Assembly (NCBI GenBank): GCA_964187785.1
Contig: OZ076409.1
Coordinates: forward strand, 36,148,001 to 36,212,000
Direction of reading: 5' to 3'
DNA length: 64,000 bases
From: Amphiscolops sp. MND2022
Taxonomy: Eukaryota
The stretch's first letter is position 1. Each line of letters opens with the position of its first letter. This document shows, in pieces, positions 12,001 to 24,000 of the stretch. The position numbers were made by a program, and so were the translations under genes. The notes under the pieces are model-generated. The model saw nothing but the letters and a program-made list of their open reading frames with translations. It was not told the origin of the DNA and searched no databases.

Positions 12001-15000
12001 GAATCAAAAAATCGCCAAATAAAACGATCAAATTTCTCCCATGCATAAATTAGGACTTAATATTTCAATGCAATCAAGTCTTTTGGAATCGGTTTCGTCC
12101 TACAATTGCTGCAGTATTCGATGCGCGTCTTTATCTGCAATCGATAAAAGCTTGGCCAAAGCTCCAAACTCAAGTTTGTGGATCTGCTCGCTTCAATGTC
12201 AATAATTAGTAAACGATTGCAATTGCTGACAAGCTTTCAGCTGTTTCAGCGTGAGTCGGTAAAATGATAGTTTGGAGGAACTAAGCCCAATTTCAGCTAC
12301 AGCTAACAAGCCGGGAACGGCCCAGGTCGGGGCTTCGCTGAAAGCTCACACAGCACTGAAAATTTTTAAGGCTAACGAGTTGATTTTTTTTTCAATTCTG
12401 CAGTCTCTCACATTGCCAAAAAACACCCCAAATGGGGGTTTTCTTACTCAAAACAACAAAGAAAATGGAAACCTTTGGTGAATTAAAGTGTCGATTAAAA
12501 AATTGTATAATGCCGAATCCCCCAAAGACAGAGTTTCCGAAGCTGTTTAGCCTCGTAAACGGCGCGAAAGCATGTTAGATACATTTTGGACTTGTACCAC
12601 GACAATATAAAACTACTGACGAAAAAAGTACGCTTCAGTTTAAGGCAGAAAAAAGTCACTGAAATAATCGACACCTTTTGTTCAAATAGGCTTAGTTTCT
12701 CCAAATTGATTTCTTACAGATTGGCAGGTTAAAATCCGGAGAAAATGAGGGGAACAGTTTAAAAATCGCGCTTAGTTTAAACAAATGTTCGTGACAAGGC
12801 AGAAATCAAGCTTAGGAAAAAACTATCCAAAAAACAACAAAATTAAAGGATTCCCAGTCGAAATATTTACAAAATTGACACTTTTGCGACCTTACTGGTC
12901 ATCGAATTGATAGGCATCCTTTCATGTTTAACCCTAAATGGACCAGGAACATTCCTGATCCATCCAAAAATCTGGTGCTTTAACTTTAAACTGCAATATC
13001 TCCTAAACCAATCAAGTCCGACAAACTATATATAGCGCGTTCGAAAGAAGAGTATCATGGCTTTCAAATCAATTTTTGAACGGCTGGGCTGGGGGCCGCT
13101 AGATCGGGCCCCTTGCGCGCAACGTTTTTTGCGCAGTCATCCGCTGGCGTGCGGCCTCGCCGCACTGACTCCGGACTTTGCGTCAAAACTTTGCACGCCT
13201 CGTGTCTCTGACTGCATTTCAGCATGCTTGAAAACAAGCTAGGTCCACTTTGACCCAATCTTGATAACAGTGGGATAGATTGGTCACAAACGAAAACTGG
13301 AAAAACGGAAAATCTGCAGTCATTTTTTTGAATTTTTTTGGTCCAGTTTTCTTGATTTCGGAGACATCATGTCATTATTCCCTGAAAATGCGTACAAGGC
13401 GATGTAATATCATCTAAAAATCTTATTCAAGAGTTTTCTTTACCATACGGCCAATTGATGCGTTTAGAAGTTTGCAGAAACTAACTGGTACGAGTTAATA
13501 TTCTGATACCTTTGAAATTGCGGAGTTTCCAAGCAGCTAGTTCTGCAAAACTTTCAAGAATCCAAGACAAAAATCACTTGCCTTAAGTTTTAGAAATTTT
13601 TTCAGGGCAGCTTTCATATTTCGCAGATGTTCTAGTTTATTGCAAAATAGTAGGGAGTAAAAGGGTTCGAAATTAGGCCAACATCTCCAAAAGATTTTGC
13701 TCCCAAAGGACAGTCGAATATGAATATTTAAAACCGGTCGGTTTTAAACCAAACTAGAAAATAAAACTAGAGAGCGAACGCTCATACTCGGTCCGAAAAG
13801 TCGTGAATGACACTGAAAACAAAAAAAATACGTCAAGCAAAATTTACAATGTATTTGGCAGTGTAATTTTATTGAGAGAAATCACTGAGGATCGAACAGA
13901 ATTCCATTCAGACAGCAAATCTAGCAATTTTCAAACTCGATATTGAAGCATTACATTCTTGAAGTTTCAGGCAAGTAGCAAAAACAACAAATAGAGAAAA
14001 TAATGTGAACCAAACGAAAAACTGAAAAGAAAGAAACGTCTTCACATGGCATCAGTGGCGGCTAACCATCAGCAGGTGGTCGTGATGAAAAGATTATAAA
14101 TACAGGTGAGCTCAGCAAGTGATTTCCCTTGAAAAATATTAAATGTACAAGAGTACAGTGGCACCTGAGGGGGCCTCGCCTCTCAAACACCGCCGAAACT
14201 CGCCATCAGAGGTCGAGATTTTTCATCAGCCAATCTTCATTTCATTTTACAAACCATGAAAATTATTAAGGTGATTATCGAACTGAGAGGAAGGGAAGCG
14301 AGAAAGATTTAATACCTCTGAATGGCCTTCGCGAAGTACCTGCAAAAGTTAATCATTGCAAAAGTTTCACTCCACATTGAAATTCATGGGACACCACTCG
14401 TTAAATATATGACACCGAGCAATAAACAAGAACGTCACTTTCTATCAATACTTTTCCGGATCAAAACCTTGCTTTAATTTCTTCGAACCTGTCTCTGATA
14501 AGGCTGAGAGACAACGGAAAATTCCACAACGGAAGCGAGACACACCGCAAACTAGGGTTACAATATAAGTTTTTTTACTGCCAGAATTTCTCCATTTCAA
14601 AACTTTTGTAAGGGTAACTTCTGTGAGTAGACCTTTTATCCGCCCCTACTGAAAGATGAATACCTTTGGTTGGAACTGACGTTCTTCTTTGTTGCTCAGT
14701 GCTTAGTTCGAAAGAAATACAATGATAATTTATGTGACCGTAAATTAATTGGATTGCAGCATTGTATATTACATGATTTGATTACATTCGCATCAAATAT
14801 GACATAAAGCAGCTAGAGCGGAAAGAAAAGACAAGATTAAAGCGTTTGAATCCCAAGACGACTCAAGGCAACTCACTCGTTCTAGCAGAGAGACGGTGGC
14901 TTTCAGAGATCCCTCGGGTCTTCCAAAAGGGAAGCAATACCTGAAATGGAATCGATTTGCCAATAACCGTGTGAGGACAAAAGGAGCCTCAATTACACGT

Positions 15001-18000
15001 AAAATCATACCAAGGTCAAAGAAATGACTTTTCGCGATGGCGATAGATCATGTATAACGCGCTACAATTGTCGAAAGTAGAATGTCGCGCCAAATTCTAC
15101 AAATGTCGAAATTTTTCCGCTAATTTGCTTCCAAGTCTCAGTTTGTATAGAGCAGGTTTTGGATCCATTCATGACGGTTACGGAAAAGGGAGGCAGACCA
15201 TAAAAAAGGCAAACATTTAGAAGCTCCCTGGGCTCTTTTCTATTTTCCCCCACCATCAAAATTTTTTGAGGGAAAATTACAAAAAACAAACAGGCCCCTG
15301 GTGCGCTAAAAGGGAGGGGGACACTTCTGAAACTGTCAACATTTTTGTCGCAGTTGAAGGGGGGACCCTTCGGCGAAAAAACAAATTTTCGAAAAAAAGT
15401 CTCACAATGCCGAAAAACAGAAAGGGGGGATCCTTCGGGATTTTTAAACACCCATTCGGTGGCAAAACATCAAAAAATTGAAGGGGGGAAATTATTTTCG
15501 GAAAAAAAGTCACGCCGTGCCGAAAAAAATTGAAAGGGAGGACCCTTTGGGATTTTTCAAAATCCATTCTGTCGCAAAACAGCAAAAAAATTGAAGGGGG
15601 GACCCTTTGGGGAAAAATTTTCCGAAAAAAGTCTCACAGTGCCCAAAAAAATTGAAAGGGGGGACCCTTTGGTCTCGCCCGGTATGGTATGTTACGCGGG
15701 AAAACAGGAAAAACCTTTTCGGTTCAGTTCGCTAGGCCAATGGTGCAATTTGGTGCAATAATATTTTGAGGAACTTTCAAGAACTATTTTGGATCAGTTC
15801 GTGTGGATTGAAAAGTCGCTATAATAGTCGCGTTTGACTTCATGAAGCGCCGACTAAAAATTACCTGTTTTTTGTGACTCAAAACAGGAAGCGGTTGAGT
15901 TTTCAAAAAGAAAGCGTGACTTCAAAAGGAAAAATGCGTGGACAGAGTTTGTATCTGAATTCTAAACGGTCATTCTGAGAATAAATGTGAAAGAAATGTT
16001 TCTAATTTAGTTCTAAGTCTTTTTATTTTAATATTTTCACGAAAATTTTCTTTAAAAAACAGCTGGTGGTGGGGGGGCGTCAGAAAAGAATCGCTCCCTG
16101 AAATTATTGAAGTGGAACTATGACCCGAATGCGGCAGAAAAGACAGATTTCGATGCGATGAATTTCCCATAAACTAATACTAGGCAATGCCTGTGATTGA
16201 CGAATGTCGATCAATTAACAATAATAGTGAAGAGCTTTGCTTGAAGCACGTGTCAATTAGAAAATAAGAGCATGATACCTGAAATTAGTGATTTGCTTCT
16301 CCAGAAACTCGCGTAGAGTATCTTTGAGTGATTCGAATCTTTCTTTTTCATCCACAGTCACAGTGCCAATTGCATCAGGCCTGAAACAGAGACACCCCGT
16401 TCAGTCCAGAAGCAAAATAAAAATTCGAAGCAGTTCAGCATAATTTAAAAAGTATAGATCGTTTCAAAAAGTTCGCGAGGCTAGGTACCAGCCTTTTAAT
16501 TAGCGATGCTATCGTATCAATTTCTGCAACCATGCGAGGCAAACGCACATCTGACGACCTTGCAAAATCGATGTACCGTTTTAAAGATGCAAACCCGGAT
16601 TATGCAAACTCAGCAATTGCTCGGGTTTTCTCGATTTCCGAGCCAACACTTAGAGGAATCCTGAAGCGACGTATTGGGCAGAAAAAAGTCAAATTGGGTC
16701 GAAAATCTGTACTCACAAGAAGAATCAAGCGTCAGCTTCTGGGCCGCGTTAATCGAAACTCAAAACTTCGGCCTTCTGACCTTCTGCTTACAGCCAGACG
16801 ACTCGTCTCCAATGCCACGGCACACCATTTTTTGAAAAATCGCGACATTCGAAATAGTGTTGTTGTACAAGACGTTCTTACGAATGCTCAGAAAGATAGG
16901 AGAGTTAACTGGTGCCGTCGACGTTTATTTTTTGACTTCACGAAAAGTATTTTCAGCGACGATTAATTAGTTCTAGTCTCGCGAACTTTTTGAAACGATC
17001 TATAGTTACAGAAATATGTTGACCATTTGATCTGTTCACATGTTGAAAAAGCTGAAGTTTTTTATCGGCGGATTGATAGGCTAAAATTGAGCGGAACTGC
17101 TCGTATTAGTCAAGCAGTTAAACAAACCGTATACTGAGAAAAAAGTAATACTGGCACAGACGGACCTCACTAAACGAACCATCGCTACAACCTTTTCTCG
17201 TAATGCAGCAATTTGGTTTCTAAACCAATCAAAATCAAGTACACTAACAAGTATTGGAAACAACGTAGGCTCCCTTTAACGTAATCAATGAGATACTGCC
17301 CAAGAGGTGCGGTAAACCGAGGCCCGGCTGTATTAGCATATACAATATAGGATGCAATAGAAAGTTACCTGTTTCCGTGGATATGAGAGGCACAAAAAGC
17401 GAAGGAGTAATGCAGCAGGGTGGGGTCGATTAAGTAGCCCACTCTGGCTTTGTCCAGAAGATCTTGCAAGTAACAGAGATGACGGTGACATCCTCTAACT
17501 CCGTATCTAGCACAATATTCGTCCAGTAGAAACACCTGCGCCGGAGAAAACCAGCCCTAGAATACATACAACAAATTTGTGCCAAAAAACATTTCCCCAG
17601 TAATAGTTAGTTGACTTGGAAATTGAACGCATCAAGCTCAGAAGAACGTGGAATATCACATAGTTCTTTTCCCTCACCAATCCGCTGAGCACCGGGATAT
17701 TTTTTGGTTCAAATGATTTCAAATAAATCATACTTTTAGGACGCAAGCGAAGCCGCTAATCAAAAACATCCTTTTTTCTCCAAAAGAATTCTCAGGACTC
17801 GAATGTTCGTTTTTGAACTATTGGCTTTTTCATGCCGACAAAAACTTTCAAAAATTGCACAAAACTTGCCGCCAAACTTTGTACAATATTTGAACAATTC
17901 AGGGGATATGAAATATCAAATAGTTCAAAGCCAAAGATTTATCTTCAGAATACCTTCATGCCACGAAATGCTGAGAAAACTGAAAAAATGTGAAAATAAG

Positions 18001-21000
18001 GCAAATACCTTTTTTCCAACTTGGAGGAGTCTCGATCTTGACGACGTTTTCAAAAGAAAAACTTGGTACTTCAGGGAACAATATACAAAACGATTCATGA
18101 CAGCGGTCTTTTTAAAATACACTAAATGGACAAAAAGATTTGCATGGCTACCGATTTTTTTCAAGTGAACTAAAGGGAGGCCGTTTGAGATTTTTTAACA
18201 TCCATTCTGTTGCAAAATATCAGAAAAATTGAAGGGGGACTCTTTGGAGACTCGAGAAAAGAAAATTTTGAACAGTCTCATAATGCCGAAAAATGTGAAA
18301 AAAGGGACCCTCTGCAATTTTTAGCATTCGTTCTGTTGCAAAAGATCAAAAAAATTGAAGGGGGGACTGGACTCTTTGGAGACTCGGAAAAAAACAAAAA
18401 TAAAGATTTTTGAACAGTCTCATAATGCCGAAAAATCTGAAAAAAGGGACCGTGTGCGATTTTTTAGCATTCGTTCTGTTGCAAAATATCAAAAAAAGGA
18501 AGGGAGGCCCTTTGGGGACAATGAAAAATTTTCAAAAAAGACTGACAAAGCCGAAGGGGGGAGTCTGTCAAAAAAAGTGGAACCTACTGCTTCTGATTCT
18601 TGAAAAAAATTTAGTGCATACGCACCGGTTTGAACACGAACCCTCTGGGTTGAAAAGCAATCATCTTACCACTAGACCTCGAACGCCTGAATTCTGCGAC
18701 TTGCCGTGCTTCGCAAACACTTGCGTACCTTTGAGGAAGACCAAATGAGCAATATCATACGGAGAACCAAGGGTAAAAGGACATTATAATATCATCAATT
18801 TTACAACGCCAAAAAATACCCGAAGGGATACGCATAAGTCTCGAAAACCATTTTTCCCCAACTGGAAACAGCGAAAAACCATTTTCTCAACGGAACCCCC
18901 CCACACACACACACACCCTTCAAAAAAACAGCAAAAGGAAAACAAATCGAAATTTCTCGAAAAAACTTTTGAGATGAAGGTCTCCGGTAAGTCGCATAGT
19001 GCCGAAAACCTTGAGGAGTCCTTTGCGCTCGCAAAACGTTTCGGTTCTTGTAAAAATTGAGGGAGGGGAGACTTCGATGAAAACAAATTTTAAAAAACAC
19101 CAGGTCTCTAAAAGAACAAATTTCTAGTATAGCGTGCTGGGCCTGAGAAAACCTAATTTTGGGACAAAAATTATTCATTTTGAAAAATCTCACATTGCCG
19201 AAAACTGCAAAAGGAGACGCTTTGAGATTTTTCAACATCCATTGTTGCAAAATATAGAAAAATTGAAGGGGAAGTCTTCGAGACTCGAAAAAATACAAAA
19301 AGAGAATTTTGAACAGTTTCAATGTCGAAAAATATTCAAAAAGGGACCATTTGCAATTTTTTAGCATTCGTTCTGTTGCAAAATATCAAAAAAATGAAGG
19401 GAGAACCCTTTGGGGACAATAAAAAATTTTCAAAAAAGTCTGACAAAGCCGAAGGGGGGAGTCTATGTCGAAAAAAGTGGAACCTACTGCTTCTGAATCT
19501 TGTAAAAAAATTCGTGCATACGCACCGGTTTGAACGCGAACCCTCTGGGTTGAAAAGCAATCATCTTACCACTAGATCTCGAACGCCTGAACTCTGCGAC
19601 TTGTCGTGCTTCGCAAACACTTGCGTACCTTTGAAGATCAAATGAGCAATATCATACGGAGAACCAAGGGTAAAAGGACATTAGAATATCATCAATTTTA
19701 CCACGCCAAAAAATACCCGAAGGGATACGCATAAGTCTCGAAAACCAATCTTCCCCAACTGGAAACAGCAAAAAACCATCTTTTTAACGGAAACCCCCTT
19801 TCAAAAAACCAGCAAAAGGAAAATAAACCGAAATTTCTCGAAAAAAATTTCGAGATGAAGGTCTCCGGTAAGTCGCATAGTGACGAAAACCTTGAGGAGT
19901 CCCTTGCGCTCGCAAAACGTTCCGGTTCTTGTGAAAATTGAGGGGAGACTTCGATGAAAACAAATTTTAAAAAAACACCAGGTCTCTAAAAGAACAAATT
20001 TCTGATATAGCGTGCTGGGCCCGAGAAAACCTAATTTTGGGACAAAAATTATTCATTTTGAAAATTCTCACATGGCCGAAAACTGCAAAAGGAGGCGCTT
20101 TGAGATTTTTCAACATCCATTGTTGCAAAATACAGAAAAATTGAAGGGGCAGTCTTCGAGACTCGAAAAAAATACAAAAAAGAGAATTTTGAAGTCTCAA
20201 TGTCGAAAAATATTTAACACAGAGGCGAAGCGGTGCTTCGCAACACATGACGAAGACATAGATTATTTTAATATGCGTATATATATTATTTTAATCGCAT
20301 GCGTATATATTCAACAGTTCAACTTTGTTCAATTCGTATATATTCAACAGTTCAACTTTGTTCAATAACGTCCCTATGGCACAGTGGTCAACACTTATGC
20401 CGTGCAATCGGGAGGCTGCAGGTTCGAATCTCTCTGGGGTTTTGGCTTTATTCTAAAAAGCGCTCATTATGAAGTTGACTATTGTGGAAAAAAAAACTTT
20501 CTTAGCTGGACTGCAATGCACATTGACTTCGTCATGTGCAAAAAAGGGACCATTTGCAATTTTTTAGCATTCGTTCTGTTGCAAAATATCAAAAAAATGA
20601 AGGGAGGACCCTTTGGGACAATGAAAAATTTTCAAAAAAGTCTGACAAAGCCGAAGGGGGGAGTCTATGTCGAAAAAAGTGGAACCTACAGCTTCTGAAT
20701 CTTGTAAAAAAAATTCGTGCATACGCACCGGTTTGAACGCGAACCTTCTGGGTTGGAAAGCAATCATCTTACCACTAGATCTCGAACGCCTGAACTCTGC
20801 GACTTGCCGTGCCTCGCAAACACTTGCGTACCTTTGAAGAAGACCAAATGAGCAATATCATACGGAGAACCAAGGGTAAAAGGACATTGGAATATCGTCA
20901 ATTTTACCACGCCAAAAAATACCCGAAGGGATACGCATAAGTCTCGAAAACCATTCTTCCCCAACTGGAAACAGCGAGAAACCATCTTTCTCAACGGAAA

Positions 21001-24000
21001 CCCCCTTTCAAAAAACCAGCAAAAGGAAAATAAATCGAAATTTCTCGAAAAAAATTCGAGATGAAGGTCTCCGGTAAGTCGCATAGTGACGAAAACCTTG
21101 AGGAGTCCCTTGCGCTCGCAAAACGTTTCGGTTCTTGTAAAAATTGAGGGAGGGGAGACTTCGATGAAAACAAATTTTAAAAAACACCAGGTCTCTAAAA
21201 GAACAAATTTCTGATATAGCGTGCTGGGCCCGAGAAAACCTAATTTTGGGACAAAAATTATTCATTTTGAAAAATCTCACATGGCCGAAAACTGCAAAAG
21301 GAGGCGCTTTGAGATTTTTCAACATCCATTGTTGCAAAATACAGAAAAAATGAAGGGGGAGTCTTCGAGACTCAAAAAAAATACAAAAAAGAGAATTTTG
21401 AAGTCTCAATGTCGAAAAATATTTAACACAGAGGCGAAGCGGTGCTTCGCAACACATGACGAAGACATAGATTATTTTAATATGCGTATATATATTATTT
21501 TAATCGCATGCGTATATATTCAACAGTTCAACTTTGTTCAATTCGTATATATTCAACAGTTCAACTTTGTTCAATAACGTCCCTATGGCACAGTGGTCAA
21601 CACTTATGCCGTGCAATCGGGAGGCTGCAGGTTCGAATCTCTCTGTTTTGGCTTTATTCTAAAATGCGCTCATTATGAAGTTGACTATAGTGGAAAAAAA
21701 ACTTTCTTAGCTGGACTGCAATGCACATTGACTTCGTCATGTGCAAAAAAGGGACTATTTGCGATTTTTTAGCATTCGTTCTGTTGCAAAATATCAAAAA
21801 AATGAAGGGAGGACCCTTTGGGGACAATAAAAAATTTTCAAAAAAGTCTGACAAAGCCGAAGGGGGGAGTCTATGTCGAAAAAAGTGGAACCTACAGCTT
21901 CTGAATCTTGTAAAAAAAATTCGTGCATACGCACCGGTTTGAACGCGAACCTTCTGGGTTGAAAAGCAATCATCTTACCACTAGATCTCGAACGCCTGAA
22001 CTCTGCGACTTGCCGTGCATCGCAAACACTTGCGTACCTTTGAAGACCAAATGAGCAATATCATACGGAGAACCAAGGGTAAAAGGACATTAGAATATCA
22101 TCAATTTTACCACGCCAAAAAATACCCGAAGGGATACGCATAAGTCTCGAAAACCATTCTTCCCCAACTGGAAACAGCGAGAAACCATCTTTCTCAACGG
22201 AAACCCCCTTTCAAAAAACCAGCAAAAGGAAAATAAATCGAAATTTCTCGAAAAAAAATTCGAGATGAAGGTCTCCGGTAAGTCGCATAGTGACGAAAAC
22301 CTTGAGGAGTCCCTTGCGCTCGCAAAACGTTTCGGTTCTTGTAAAAATTGAGGGAGGGGAGACTTCGATGAAAACAAATTTTAAAAAACACCAGGTCTCT
22401 AAAAGAACAAATTTCTGATATAGCGTGCTGGGCCCGAGAAAACCTAATTTTGGGACAAAAATTATTCATTTTGAAAAATCTCACATGGCCGAAAACTGCA
22501 AAAGGAGGCGCTTTGAGATTTTTCAACATCCATTGTTGCAAAATACAGAAAAATTGAAGGGGGAGTCTTCGAGACTCGAAAAAAATACAAAAAAGAGAAT
22601 TTTGAAGTCTCAATGTCGAAAAATATTTAACACAGAGGCGAAGCGGTGCTTCGCAACACATGACGAAGACATAGATTATTTTAATATGCGTATATATATT
22701 ATTTTAATCGCATGCGTATATATTCAACAGTTCAACTTTGTTCAATTCGTATATATTCAACAGTTCAACTTTGTTCAATAACGTCCCTATGGCACAGTGG
22801 TCAACACTTATGCCGTGCAATCGGGAGGCTGCAGGTTCGAATCTCTCTGGGGTTTTGGCTTTATTCTAAAAAGCGCTCATTATGAAGTTGACTATTGTGG
22901 AAAAAAAAACTTTCTTAGCTGGACTGCAATGCACATTGACTTCGTCATGTGCAAAAAAGGGACCATTTGCAATTTTTTAGCATTCGTTCTGTTGCAAAAT
23001 ATCAAAAAAATGAAGGGAGGACCCTTTGGGACAATGAAAAATTTTCAAAAAGTCTGACAAAGCCGAAGGGGGGAGTCTATGTCGAAAAAAGTGGAACCTA
23101 CAGCTTCTGAATCTTGTAAAAAAATTTGTGCATACGCACCGGTTTGAACGCGAACCTTCTGGGTTGAAAAGCAATCATCTTACCACTAGATCTCGAACGC
23201 CTGAACTCTGCGACTTGCCGTGCCTCGCAAACACTTGCGTACCTTTGAAGAAGACCAAATGAGCAATATCATACGGAGAACCAAGGGTAAAAGGACATTG
23301 GAATATCGTCAATTTTACCACGCCAAAAAATACCCGAAGGGATACGCATAAGTCTCGAAAACCATTCTTCCCCAACTGGAAACAGCAAGAAACCATCTTT
23401 CTCAACGGAACCCCCCTTTCAAAAAACCAGCAAAAGGAAAATAAATCGAAATTTCTCGAAAAAAAATTCGAGATGAAGGTCTCCGGTAAGTCGCATAGTG
23501 ACGAAAACCTTGAGGAGTCCCTTGCGCTCGCAAAACGTTTCGGTTCTTGTAAAAATTGAGGGAGGGGAGACTTCGATGAAAACAAATTTTAAAAAACACC
23601 AGGTCTCTAAAAGAACAAATTTCTGATATAGCGTGCTGGGCCCGAAAAAACCTAATTTTGGGACAAAAATTATTCATTTTGAAAAATCTCACATGGCCGA
23701 AAACTGCAAAAGAGGCGCTTTGAGATTTTTCAACATCCATTGTTGCAAAATACAGAAAAATTGAAGGGGGAGTCTTCGAGACTCGAAAAAAATACAAAAA
23801 AGAGAATTTTGAAGTCTCAATGTCGAAAAATATTTAACACAGAGGCGAAGCGGTGCTTCGCAACACATGACGAAGACATAGATTATTTTAATATGCGTAT
23901 ATATATTATTTAAATCGCATGCGTATATATTCAACAGTTCAACTTTGTTCAATTCGTATATATTCAACAGTTCAACTTTGTTCAATAACGTCCCTATGGC

